Of a DNA stretch of 64,000 nucleotides, positions 1 through 12,000 are shown piece after piece (the first letter of the stretch is position 1; every line of letters begins with the position of its first letter). Position numbers and translations under genes: made by a program. The stretch comes from Leucoraja erinacea (lineage: Eukaryota). The notes beneath the pieces were generated by a model. The model made no database searches. It saw only the letters and a program-made list of their open reading frames with translations, and was not told where the DNA came from. Location: positions 8,308,001 through 8,372,000 of the forward strand of contig NC_073414.1 in NCBI RefSeq assembly GCF_028641065.1, read 5' to 3'.

Positions 1-171
1 TGCTGGACCATGCCTGTCCTGCTGAGTTACTGCAGGTTAATTTGCAGGTTGTGTCGACAGGTACGAAAGGCAAATGCAATGCTATCATTCATTTCGAGAG
101 GAGTAGAATGTAAAAGGATGTAATGCAGCCTTAGAGGCTTGCAACGTTGAGGAGACTGCGTGCTGGAGTCA

Positions 172-329
172 CTAGGACTGGTAGGTGCCGGAAACGCAGA
201 CAAATTTCCCGTCGTACTCTGAGGTAGTCAGGCACTTGAGGAAGAAGTGGCCCAGGTCGTGTTTGGAGATGACTCGGCCTCCCCTTTCACCGACTGCCAC
301 GGCGTAGTTCTCCGTCAGCGGCAACGCAT
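172..329 (-). CDS. BLVRB: BLVRB coding exon 5 ([52 protein letters not shown])
   Basis: Acceptor ctctgacag|; [11 protein letters not shown] and CLTT.EYDG motifs; TAG at 174-172; the five exons sum to 618 nt = 205 aa + stop, in frame. Confidence 0.96.
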
Positions 330-845
330 CTGTCAGAGGAATAGAGTCACGTTAAATAAACCACAGCGCAGAAGTACTCATTTTTATTCTCTGGCTTTCA
401 ACACTGGCTGAGACATTGCTCCTGTTTTTAGTGCTTTTAATGTCTTTTAATTTTTACTGTTTTATAGTACTTTGTTTTACGGTTTTTAATGGTTGTAATA
501 ACTTCTTGTCCATCCATGAGTTCTCATGTACAGCACTTTGTGGCAACTGCAGTTGTTTAAAGTGCTTTATAAATAAAGTTATTATTATTATTATTATGTA
601 GTAAATGCGAATAAGGAGCACATAAATAGGATCGTCAGGATGTTGGAAACATAGAAAAATAGGTGCCGGGGTAGGCCATTCGGCCCTTTGGGCCAGCACC
701 ACCATTCGAGATGATCATGGCTGATCATCCAATATCAGTACCCCGTTCCTGCTTTGGTGTTGCACAGAAAGCATCCTATTGGCAAAGGAAGACAAAGTGC
801 TGGAGTAACTCGGGGTCAGGCAAGCAGCTCTGGAGAACATGGATA

Positions 846-1140
846 GGGCAGCACGGTGACACAGCGGTAGAGTTGCTGCCTCACACCGCCAGAGACCCGG
901 TTTCGATCCTGATTATGGGCACCGTCTGTACGGAGTTTGTAATTTCTCCCTGTGACAGCGTGGGTTTTCCCCGGGTGCTCCGGTTTCCTCCCACACTCCA
1001 AAGACGTACAGGTTTGTAGGTTAATTGGCTTTGGTAAAATTGTTAATTGTCCCTAGTGTTAGTGTAAGGAGTGATCGCTGGTCGGCATGGACTCGGTGGG
1101 CCGAAGGGCCTGTATCCAAGCTGTATCTCGAAAGTCTAAA
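846..1140 (+). mobile_element. HE1-type V-SINE (tRNA-derived head, V core, CR1-like tail); further copies ~6213-6510, 7681-7890, 12090-12455, 16455-16715, 28139-28290 (+) and 13535-13755, 44745-44990, 54930-55165 (-)
   Basis: gggcagcacggtg..gttgctgcctcac..gccagagacccgg.ttcgatcc head; ggagtttg.acgttctccc.gtg..gcgtgggttt.c.ccgggtgctccggtttcctcccaca.tccaaagac core; gggccgaagggcctgt tail. Confidence 0.8.
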
Positions 1141-2371
1141 ATCGGTACTCTGTATTTTTCTCTTCTCTCTCTACGTATTGTACTTGACCGTTTGGTTTGA
1201 TTTTATTCATGTATAATATAAAACATAGAAAATAGGTGCAGGAAGAGACCATTTGGCCCTTCGAGCTAGCACTGCCATAAATTGTGATCATGGTCCACAA
1301 TCAGTACCCCGTTCCTGCCTTCTCCCCATATCCCTTAATTCTGCTAGCCCCTAGAGCTCTATCCAACTTTTAAATTCATCCAGTGAATTGGCCTCCACTG
1401 CCCTCTGTGGCAGAGAATTCCACAAATTCACAACTCTCTGGGTGAAAACGTTTTTTCTCACCTCTGTTTTAAATGGCCTCCCCTTTATTCTTAGACTGCA
1501 GCCCCTGGTTCTGGACTCCCCCAACATTGGGGACATGTTTCCTGCATCTAGCTTGTCCAGTCATTTTATAATTTTATACGTTTCTATAAGATCCCCCTCA
1601 TCCTTCTAAATTCCAGTGAATACAAGCCCAGTCTTTCCAATCTTTCCTCATATGACAGTCCCGCCATCCCGGGGATTAAACTGGTGAACCTACGCTGCAC
1701 TGCCTCAATAGCAAGGATGTCCTAGTATCAGATCGGATAGTGTCAGATTTGCTTGGACAGCATGCAAAGCAAAACGTTTCACTGCACCTCGGTACAGGTG
1801 ACAATAATAATCCTCAACCTGGAAATTCATGCAAAACTCATTTGGGAGAGGGATGGAAAGGAAAAATGGATTGTCCCGGAAAGGATGGGGGGGTAAACAC
1901 AATTCTTGCTCACTCATGATGCAGCTTTTTTTTAACTTGAGCCAGCTCCTGGACATGTCCCCAGTTGTGAAGAAGGAGCACAGATATCATGTAACAGTGT
2001 AATAATAGGTCACTGTCACCGGTCCTTCACAGCAGTGCTTATGCTGCAGTCAGTGTGGTTTGGCTTCAGAGTCTGAATCCTGCACCTTTGAGAATTGCCC
2101 ACCAGAGGCTGATGTTGAGGGCTGGGCAATGACAAGACAACAGTGGAGACACAAGAAACTGCAGATGCTGGAATCTTGAGAAAAACACTAAGTGCTGGAG
2201 TAACTAAACAGGACAGGCAGCGTCCGCAGAGGACGTAAAGGTGACGTTACTCAGATCGGTTTCAGGTCGGGAGAAAATATCATCTGTCCATTCCCTCCAC
2301 AGATGCTGCCTGACCCGCTGAGTTCCTCCAGCACTTTGTGTTTTGTGTCAGACAACATGCTCAATATCATA

Positions 2372-2953
2372 GGTAGACAAAAATGCTGGAGAAACTTAGC
2401 GGGTGAGGCAGCATCTATGGAGCGAAGGAAATAGGCAATGTTTCGGGCCGAAACCTTTCTTCAGACTGATGTGAGGGGTGGGGGGTGGGAAGAAGAAAGG
2501 AAGAGGTAGAACCAGTGGGTTGAGGGAGAGCTGGGAAGGGGATGAGACAGTGAGGACTACCTGAAATTGGAGAAGTCAATGTTCATACCACTGGGGTGCA
2601 AACTGCCCAAGCAAAATATGAGGTGCTGCTCCTCCAATTTCCAGTGGTCCTCACTCTAGCTGTGGAGGAGGCCCAGGACAGGAAGGTCTGATTCGGAATG
2701 GGAGGGGGAGTTGAAGTGCTGAGCCACCGGGAGATCAGGTTGGTTATTGCAAACCGATCAGAGGTGTTCGGCGAAACGATCGCCAAGCCTATGCTTGGTC
2801 TCACCGATGCAGATCAGCTGACATCTAGAGCAGCGGATGCAATAGATGAGGTTGGAGGAGGTGCAGGTGAACCTCTGTCGCACCTGGAAAGACTGCTTGG
2901 GTCCTTGAATCGAGTCAAGAGGGGAGGTAAAGCGACAAGTGTAGCATTTCTAA
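2372..2953 (-). mobile_element. Penelope-like element 3' fragment (GIY-YIG endonuclease end plus pLTR)
   Basis: Same sequence as the GIY-YIG-coding copy at 20.5 kb; 18-bp TSD aacatgctcaatatcata (2354-2371 / 2954-2971). Confidence 0.85.
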
Positions 2954-3059
2954 AACATGCTCAATATCATAATGACCTCGATGGTGAACCATCTTAAAAC
3001 CACAGTGACTGACACCCAAAATCAATTAACTCCTTCTTCAATACAAAAGAAAGTCTAAC

Positions 3060-3191
3060 CATCAATGTGAGGTGGGAACACAGCAACGTAGTCAAGGCCA
3101 GACTTCTTCAGCACTTCATACATCCTCTGGTGGTCTTTGGTCACATCCAGGAGACGTGGAGGGACCTTGGCTTCATCCCACAACAGGAATG
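3060..3191 (-). CDS. BLVRB: BLVRB coding exon 4 ([44 protein letters not shown])
   Basis: Acceptor tttctacag|, donor |gttaga; 132 nt; FLLWD..KVPPRL..DH.RM..SGL.YVAV.PPHI motif as in BLVRB. Confidence 0.96.
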
Positions 3192-3581
3192 CTGTAGAAA
3201 TGGAATCATCACATCAACGGAGTTTATCACCCTGAGATTTCACCAGATAATCAAGAAAAAGTGTTTTACTGTCATTTCTCCCAGATAGAGCAATGAAATT
3301 CTTACTTGCAGCAGCACAATAGAATATGTAAACTCTGTAAACAATATAATAAAGAGAAAAAAAAGTTCAGTGTGTGTATATACACATACTCACATGTACA
3401 CACACACACACACACACATATATATAAACTAAGTGGGACCCGTTGGGTCCCATGTTCACACGGGAGGGTTGGTCCCCCTGCGCAATATTCCACCTCTTCA
3501 CCAGGGGGGGGGGGGGGGGGGTTTCTGGAGCGCTGGTATGGGTGTTGTTTGCTGCAGGGACTACTGGTCTCCAGAGGGCTA

Positions 3582-4542
3582 TAGGAGGAGGATCCATCTT
3601 GGGGAACGGCTGCTAACCAGCAGCCGTCCGTTTAATTCGCTTTTTTTAAAGTTTTTAGTTAGTCCTGTGTCTCGTCCGTTTGGAGAAATGGACTTTTAAA
3701 TGTGGGGGGTAGGGGGCAATTTTGTTTCTAGGTCGCTACCTGGTCGCTGAGGCAGCTTTTTCTCTGGGCTCCCCGTCGACCCGTCCTCGCGGCCTACCAG
3801 CGGGTTTGGAGCGCCGTTTCCTGGCGGGGACCGCCCAGCACCTCGGCCTCAGTGGCGGCACAGCGCTGGAGCGCTATCGTGGAGCGCAGCGGGCGATGCC
3901 TTGACTGGATCGACGCGCTGGAGCTCCGGTGAGCTGAGACCGCCGAGTTCAACACCTCCGGGCTGCGGGTCTGCGGAGCGGAGCGGGCAGCGCCGATTTC
4001 AACATCGGGAGCCTGGGAGCTCCAACCCGGCGCGGCCCTGTCGGCTTCGGAAGCCGCGGTCCCCAGTCAGGAAGCGGCCGTTCCAGGTGGCCCAGCCGCT
4101 GAGTGGACTCTCCCGACGCCGGGGCAACACCACCCGGTGAGAACGGCCAGGAACATCGGGCCTCCGTAGAGGCAATAGCGGAGGCCTCAATAGGCCTGAC
4201 TTTGGGTGAACTTCGGGTTGGGGACTGGACATTGTGCCTTCCCCCACAGTGGTATCCATTGTGGGGGGATGATTTTTTGTCTGTATGTAATCCTGTTAGT
4301 CTTTGTCCAAGATGGCTGCCGTGAAGAGAAAGTGGACGCTGGCGTGCTTTAGCTACCGCTGCTCTCTCTGCACATTGTATTTTTGATTTTTTGTTTTTGG
4401 ACTGAATTCTGTTTTTAATTTGTGTTTCTGTGATGTCTTTATTATTTATTCTGATTATATGTTTATATTCCTGTTAATCTTTGTAAGGTGTCCTTGAGAT
4501 GTCTGAAAGGCGCCCAAAAATAAAATTTATTATTATTATTAT
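3582..4542 (+). mobile_element. GC-rich non-autonomous retroelement with an L2-type 3' end, nested in the putative Helitron
   Basis: Ends tgtaaggtgtccttgag..tgaaaggcgcc..aataaa(tat)n; no coding remnant recognised. Confidence 0.5.
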
Positions 4543-5108
4543 TAGTATGGACATTGTGGGCCAAATGGATTCTTGGGGTGGCAGCTCAGTCCCTCAAGTC
4601 TGATGTGCTGGCAGCTCACTCACGGCTGGTGGGCTGGCAGTTGACTCACGGCTATTCCTTGAAATTCCATTTCAAGCAGAGTGCAAGGCCACCAAATTCA
4701 AATCCATTTTCCTACCATTTCAAGCAGGGTGAAAGCACCATAAAACCACACAAAACACCACACTCACAGTTCAGTAGATATTCAGTGTGTTCAGTTGATT
4801 CACAGCTCACTCAGAGTCGTGACCTCTCCCTCCCCCATCATGCAGAGACTGAGCCACACCCACACTTCTGGGTTTTATAATCCCTCCCCCTTCCACCGGA
4901 AAAGGTGTAGCCTTCATTGCATGATTGACAGGAGAGACATTCTCAACATTTTTTAAACACTAATAACACTTATTTTTCATTGATGGGAAGAATCCTCTGC
5001 ACCTGATGAGCGGAGGGGGACTGAGTAAGATGGCCAAAAATCACAGCCGTAAGTGGTAGCGTTTTATCTAAATTCAATATAGTGCAAACAGGAAGTTGTC
5101 GTTTAGAC

Positions 5109-5233
5109 AAACAACCATTTGCAGTGCCTTTTTACTTCAACCCAAACCCCCCAAACAACCATTTGCAGTGCCTTTTTACTTCAACCCAAACCCCCCAAAC
5201 AACCATTTGCAGTGCCTTTTTACTTCAACCCAA
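5109..5233 (+). repeat. 44-bp tandem repeat, ~2.8 copies
   Basis: aaacaaccatttgcagtgcctttttacttcaacccaaacccccc starting at 5109, 5153 and 5197. Confidence 0.9.
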
Positions 5234-6096
5234 CCATATTTTCATTTTCAAACCACATTGAGGGCACTCGCAGTTGGGTAGACATGTGTTCAGTGTTATT
5301 CAGAGCTCAGAGAGACACGACCCTCTCGCTTCCTCCATCTTGCAGAGACTGAGTGAGGCACACCACTTCTGGGTTTTATAGTCCCTCCCCCCTCCCACCA
5401 GCAGGGGCAGCAGAGAGAATGGCAAAACATTTTAAAACATTAATACCTCTCTGATTTTTCATTGATGGGAAAAATCCTCCAGTCCGGTGGAGGGGGGCTC
5501 TGAGCGAGGTGGCTAGAAATGACAGCCGTAAGTGGCGACGTTCTCTCAGAAATAACATCGCAGTGAGTCAAAAGCGGTCAAGACTACTACTTTTANNNNN
5601 NNNNNNNNNNNNNNNNNNNNNNNNNNNNNNNNNNNNNNNNNNNNNNNNNNNNNNNNNNNNNNNNNNNNNNNNNNNNNNNNNNNNNNNNNNNNNNNNNNNN
5701 NNNNNNNNNNNNNNNNNNNNNNNNNNNNNNNNNNNNNNNNNNNNNNNNNNNNNNNNNNNNNNNNNNNNNNNNNNNNNNATAATAATGGGAAGAACTGCAG
5801 ATGCTGGTTTAAACTGAGGATAGACACAAAAAGCTGGAGTAACTCAGCGGGACAAGTAGCATCTCTGGAGAGAAGAAGATGCTACCTGCCTTGCTGAGTT
5901 ACTCCACCATTTTATGTTTATCTCCATCCCTTAACTTACAGCATCAATTAAAAGATTAGCGAGTGACTTATTGAATTTCCTGGGTGCAGGTTGGATTGCA
6001 TTACCGACGTTATGTGACTCCATTTTGAACCCCGCTCTCAGGTCATGAGCCGGGTGCTGAAGGGTGCCAGAAAATAGACAGCAGCCTTTGACTTAC

Positions 6097-6186
6097 TTGA
6101 CATACAGCCCACTATCTTTCTCACACTGTGGGCCTTCATTGCTTCAATAATGTTCCTGGTTCCCTCCGACATCATAGTCGTGGGGC
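6097..6186 (-). CDS. BLVRB: BLVRB coding exon 3 ([30 protein letters not shown])
   Basis: Read manually (below ORF-track size); acceptor ccaacag|, donor |gtaagt; 90 nt; includes the Ser equivalent to human Ser111. Confidence 0.96.
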
Positions 6187-6854
6187 CTGTTGGCAGGGGA
6201 AAAAATCAATCAGGCACGGTGATGGATCAGTAGAGTTTCTGCCTCACACGCCAGAGGTCTGGTCCTACGGGTGCTGTCTGTATAGAGTTTGTACCTTCTC
6301 CCCATGACCTGCGTGGGTTTTCTCCGGGTGCTCCGGTTTCCCCCCACAGTCCAAAGGTGTACAGGTTTGTAGGCTAATTGGCTTTGGAAACAATTGTAAA
6401 TTGTCCCTAATGTGTATAGGATATTGTTAGTGTGCGGGGTGTTTGATGGTCCACGTGGTTTCGGTGGGCCGAAGGGCGTGTTTCCGCGCTGTATCTCTAA
6501 ACTAAACCAGTGAACCAAGTGAGATTAAGGGCCTGTCCCACTTGGGTGTCATTTGCGCAACACGCAGATGGTGAGCGAAGATTTTGTACATAATCGTATC
6601 TGTTTGATCCCCCCCTCCCCCCACCCCCCCCCCCCCCCCAGTAATTAATGCGTTCCTGACACCCACAAAAACACCCGCACATCTCCAATAAACTTCCCCC
6701 CTCAAACCGTTAGCTTTTCTAGGTGAAGCTGTTCTGGATTCTCAGCATCACCTCCTTCTCGATATCAAACTGCACCATGGTTTATTTATAGTCTACGCAC
6801 TGATCTCACTGTTCTATAAATACCTGATGTATTAATAAAACAATTGGTAGCAAA

Positions 6855-7503
6855 TTCCTGGGAACTGGGAACCATCATCTCCAAGGACCTTAAATGGGGG
6901 GCGACCATCGACTCCACAGTCAAAAAGGCACAACAGAGGATGTACTTCCTACGGCAGCTGAGGAAGCACAATCTGCCACAGGCAATGATCGTCCAATTCT
7001 ACACGGGCATCGTAGAGTCTGTCCTCACCTTCTCCATCATGGTCTGGTTTGGCTCGGCCACCAAGCACGACACCGGGAGGCTGCAGCGAATCGTCCGATC
7101 AGCAGAGAAGGTTATTGGCTGCAACCTTCCCTCCATTGATGAACTGTACACTGCAAGGGCCAGGAAGCGAGCGGGCAAGATCATCTCTGACCCCTCTCAC
7201 CCTGGCCACAAACGTTTTGAATCACTTCCCTCTGGAAGGCAACTCTGGACTGTCAAAGCTGCCACAGCCAGACCAAAAAACGAGTAGTTGCTCTACTCAA
7301 CAGCCAAAAATCTGTAGCCTCCCTTTGATATGGTATTTTGTTGGTTCACATGCTTGATCAATGGTGTTTTATCATTAATGTTTTATTATTATTCATGTTT
7401 AGTGTTTTCTGAGTCATTCGTAACTGTCACTGTGTGTCATGTTGTTACTTGTGGGCGGAGCACCAAGGCAAATTCCTTGTATGTGAATAATTGGCCAATA
7501 AAC
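6855..7503 (+). mobile_element. Rex1/Babar-clade LINE 3' fragment
   Basis: KKAQQRMYFLRQLRK...FY..IVESVLTFSIMVWFG...IISDPSHPGH..F..LPSGR, typical post-RT region of Rex1/Babar ORF2. Confidence 0.85.
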
Positions 7504-7904
7504 CTAGTCACTTAAATCCCTCTGTGAAATTCGCAATGTGGATGAATAGTATGGAAACATTAAAGGATTAAAAGAATAATGTAAATGCTGGAAATTGCGG
7601 CTGATCTAATGGGAAGTGCAGCAGGCATGACAGGCTGAGCAACCCAACCCCTTCTTTATCTTAGTCCTATTTCCAATAGAGGTGGCACAGTGGTGAAGTT
7701 GCTGCCTCACAGCGCCAGAGACCCGGGTTCAATCCTGACCTCGGGAGTTGTCTGTGCGGAGTTTGTACGTTCTCCCTGTGACCTGCGTGGGTTTTCTCCG
7801 GGTGCTCCGGTTTCCCCAAGACGTACAAGTTTGTAGGTTCATTGGCTTTGGTAATTTTGTAAAATTGTCCCTAGTGTGGAGGAGTGTGTTTGTGTAAAGG
7901 TTTG

Positions 7905-8543
7905 TGTTGGCTTTCATAGCAAAAGGATTTGAGTATAGGAGCAGGGAGGTTCTACTGCAGTTGTACAGGGTCTTGGTTAGACCACACCTGGAGTATTGCG
8001 TACAGTTTTGGTCTCCAAATCTGAGGAAGGACTTATTGCCATAGAGGGAGTGCAGAGAAGGTTCACCAGACTGATTCCTGGGATGTCAGGACTGTCTTAT
8101 GAAGAAAGACTGGATAGACTTGGTTTATACTCTCTAGAATTTAGGAGATTGAGAGGGGATCTTATAGAAACTTACAAAATTCTTAAGGGGTTGGACAGGC
8201 TAGTTGCAGGAAGATTGTTCCCGATGTTGGGGAAGTCCAGGACAAGGGGTCACAGCTTAAGGATAAGGGGGAAATCCTTTAAAACCGAGATGAGGAGAAC
8301 TTTTTTCACACAGAGAGTGGCGAATCTCTGGAACTCTCTGCCACAGACGGTAGTTGAGGCCAGTTCATTGGCTATAATTAAGAGGGAGTTAGATGTGGCC
8401 CTTGTGGCCAAGGGGATCAGAGGGTATGGAGAGAAGGCAGGTACGGGATACTGAGTTGGATGATCAGCCATGATCATATTGAATGGCGGTGCAGGTTCGA
8501 AGGGCCGAATGGCCTACTCCTGCACCTAATTTCTATGTTTCTA
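7905..8543 (+). mobile_element. CR1-clade (HER1-like) LINE 3' fragment, young subfamily
   Basis: [47 protein letters not shown]...TRGH...FFTQRV.NLWNSLP; (ctatgttt)n tail. Confidence 0.9.
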
Positions 8544-9002
8544 AAGGGGTTGATCGCTGATCAGCGCGATCTTGGTCAGGTGAAGATGCAGGACAGAACG
8601 CCACAGGAGATCCTTCTTCCCTTTGGCTATCAAACTGTACAACTCTTCCCCCTTCTGTCGTGGGGTAGACTGACTCCCCTTCCCCACCTCACCTCCCAAT
8701 TCTTTGCACATCCCCAATCATTACCACTCATCACATGTTTTATTTGTTCCATGTATTTAGTGTTTTAAGACTGTTCAATGCAGATCAATTTCTCTCCTGG
8801 GATGAATTACGATTCTATCATATCGTATTGAAGGACCTGTTTCCATGCAATATCTCGAAAGTCTAAAGGGTACCCAGAGTTCAGGGAAAGGCCCACCCAG
8901 CCTATATAAGTGATCTTATTCCTCTCCCTTCTCACGGCACTATGAATCTTTATATTCCTTTCTTCCCTAAATTGTATTTATCCAATCAGTATTCGAACCA
9001 GT

Positions 9003-9503
9003 GGCCACACAGTTTAAGAATAAGGGGTAAGCCATTTAGAACAGAGACGAGGAAACACTTTTTCATACAGAGTTGTGAGTCTGTGGAATTCTCTGTCTCA
9101 GAGGGCGGTGGAGGCAGGTTCTCTGGATACTTTCAAGAGAGAGCTAGATAGGGCTCTTAAAGATAGCGGAGTCAGGGGATATGGGGAGAAGGCAGGAACG
9201 GGGTACGGATTGGGGATGATCAGCCATGATCACATTGAATGGTGGTGCTGGCTCGAAGGGCCGAATGGCCTACTCCTGCACCTATTGTCTATTGTCTACA
9301 TGCTAGGGACAATTTTACCAAGCCAATTAACCTTCAAATCTGGAGAAACTCAACGGGTGAGGCAGCATCTATGGAGCGAAGGAATAGGCAACATTTTGGC
9401 CCAAAACGTTGCCTATTTCCTTCGCTCTGTAGACGCTGCTGCACCCGCTGAGTTTCTCCAGTATTTTTGTCCACCTTCGATTTTCCAGCATCTGCAGTTC
9501 CTT
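9003..9503 (+). repeat. ~500-bp inverted duplicate of 12250-12750 (CR1-HE1-PLE composite)
   Basis: Shares unique element-element junctions and diagnostic variants (tttcatacagagttgtg; ggccacac) with the reverse complement of 12250-12750. Confidence 0.85.
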
Positions 9504-9755
9504 TCAAGAGAGAGCTTTCAAGAGAGAGCTAGATAAGGCTCTTAAAAATAGCGGAGTCAGGGGATATGGGGAGAAGGCAGGAACGGGGTACTGATTGTGG
9601 ATGATCAGCCATGATCACATTGAATGGTGCTGGCTCGAAGGGCCGAATGGCCTACTCCTCCTGCACCTATTGTCTATTGTCTATTGAATACTCCAGGTGG
9701 AAGGGAAGTGCATGATTACATAATCACGGCCCCAAGATCCAGCGGAGAGACTCAC

Positions 9756-9917
9756 TCAGATCGTTCCTGGTTCCCAGAATGACGATGACCCCGTCTTGAC
9801 CTTTGACGGCCTTTTGGACATCGTCCTTGACCAGGACGTCACCCACAACGACGTTGACCCCCGTGTGCTCTGCGGGCAGTCTGGCCGGGTCACGGACCAG
9901 GACAGTCACATCATGGC
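9756..9917 (-). CDS. BLVRB: BLVRB coding exon 2 ([15 protein letters not shown]...[11 protein letters not shown])
   Basis: Acceptor (ct)n..ctccaag| and donor |gtgagt; 162 nt, phase 1-1; peptide resembles human VTVLVRD...VVVGDVL...GQDAVIVLLGTRNDL. Confidence 0.96.
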
Positions 9918-10562
9918 CTTGGAGACAGAGAGAGAGAGAGAGAATGGTCTCAGAACAGGTGCAAAGAAACACTAATTCAGCCATTGAAACTTCAGAGACT
10001 CAGGACAATCAATATTCCCTCCACATTTGTAGCTCGGGTCCATATCCCACACAAACACTGGGTATTTTGCACATGGTAACACAGATTGTGATGACAAAAT
10101 AGGTTTTTTCACAATTATTTTTTTTTTTTAAATTTCAAAATACTTTATTCGGGTAATAAATATATCCAATACAATAAAAAGGGGGGGAAATAAATAAAAC
10201 TATAAATATCCAATACATGAACCGTTCAAAAAAAAAAATCATCCGACATTGTACAAACTATTCGATACAGTCTACATAGTTTGTTCAAATTTCACAAATT
10301 TGTCCCCCACCCTTGCCACTCATGTGACCCACTGGCATGGAATCCCTTCCCTTGTTTTGAGGGGCGTCTCCACCACATTCTGCACCCCCATGTCCAGCAG
10401 CGGAAGGATCCTAGACCATGGTCTGGTTTTTTTTCCCCCACAAATTAACTTCCAATCTCAAAATCACCAGTGATATTTAGGGGTTCAAGATTTGTTTGAT
10501 GTAACTTTAATCTAACCCTCTAATACCTTTTATGTCCAGAGTGTTGAAAGATGTATATAGAA

Positions 10563-12000
10563 GTTGGCCTTTATAACAAGAGGAGTTGAGTATAGGAGCA
10601 AAGATGTCCTTCTGCAGTTGTACAGAGCCCTAGGGAGACCATACCTGGAGTATTGTGTGCAGTTTTGGTCCTCTAATTTGAGGAAGGACATTCTTGCTAT
10701 TGAGGGAGTGCAGCGTAGGTTTACAAGGTTAATTCCCGGGATGGCGGGACTGTCATGGTGAGAGAATGGAGCAGCTGGGCTTGTACACTCTGGAGTTTAG
10801 AAGGATGAGAGGGTATCGGCAAATGCGGGAAAGCAGACTATTATCTAAATGGTGGCCGATTGGGAAAGGGGGAGATGCAGCGAGACCTGGGTGTCATGGT
10901 GCACCAGTCATTGAAGGTAGGCATGCAGGTGCAGCAGGCAGTAAAGAAAGCGAATGGTATGTTAGCTTTCATTGCAAAAGGATTTGAGTATAGGAGCAGG
11001 GAGGTTCTACTGCAGTTGTACAGGGTCTTGGTGAGACCTCACCTGGAGTATTGCGTACAGTTTTGGTCTCCAAATCTGAGGAAGGACATTATTGCCATAG
11101 AGGGAGTGCAGAGACGGTTCACCAGACTGATTCCTGGGATGTCAGGACTGTCTTATGAAGAAAGACTGGATAGACTTGGTTTATACTCTCTAGAATTTAG
11201 GAGATTGAGAGGGGATCTTATAGAACCGTACAAAATTCTTAAGGGGTTGGACAGGCTAGATGCAGGAAGATTGTTCCCGATGTTAGGGAAGTCCAGGACA
11301 AGGGGTCACAGCTTAAGGATAAGGGGGGGAAATCCTTTAAAACCGAGATGAGAAGAACTTTTTTCACACAGAGAGTGGTGAATCTCTGGAACTCTCTGCC
11401 ACAGAGGGTAGTTGAGGCCAGTTCATTGGCTATATTTAAGAGGGAGTTAGATGTGGCCCTTGTGGCTAAGGGGATCAGGGGGTATGGAGAGAAGGCAGGT
11501 ACGGGATACTGAGTTGGATGATCAGCCATGATCATATTGAATGGCGGTGCAGGCTCGAAGGGCCGAACGGCCTACTCCTGCACCTAATTTCTATGTTTCT
11601 ATGTTTCTATGTATCTCATTGAAACATATAAGATTGTTAAGGGTTTGGACACGCTAGAGGTAGGAAACATGTTCCCGATGTTGGGGGAGTCCAGAACCAG
11701 GGGCCACAGTTTAAGAATAAGGAGTAAGCCATTTAGAACGGAGATGAGGAAATACTTTTTCTCACTGAGAGTGGTGAGTCTGTGGAATTTTTTGCCTCAG
11801 AGGGCGGTGGAGGCAGGTTCTCTGGATGCTTTCAAGAGAGAGCTAGATAGGACTCTTAAAAATAGCGGAGTCAGGGGATATGAGGAGAAGGCAGGATTGT
11901 GGATGATCAGCCATGATCACATTGAATGGTGGTGCTGGCTCGAAGGGCCTAATCCTCCACCTATTTTTATGTTTCTATGTTTCTATTGTCTATTGTCTAT
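10563..12000 (+). mobile_element. Nested CR1 LINEs: young subfamily copy (~10818-11610) inserted in another CR1 subfamily
   Basis: Outer element breaks at gagagggtatc and resumes at gtatctcattgaaac; inner ORF 10860-11351 RDLGV...[15 protein letters not shown]. Confidence 0.85.

Larger units (their letters stand above)
3425..5595 (-). mobile_element. Probable non-autonomous Helitron, interrupted by a nested insertion; 5' end runs into the gap
   Basis: Terminal hairpin GGGACCCAACGGGTCCC followed by ACTTAGTTTA (degenerate CTAG end); related terminus ...GCACTTGGTCTAG|T at ~27245; internal tandem repeats. Confidence 0.5.

Noticed and set aside
846-915. tRNA-like sequence with A/B boxes
   Set aside because: SINE head continuing into V-SINE core and LINE tail, not a tRNA gene
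10110-10430. Minus-strand poly(A)-tailed segment, possible processed pseudogene or L1/Tx1 3' end
   Set aside because: AATAAA and A-tail present, but no recognisable coding remnant or TSD to assign it
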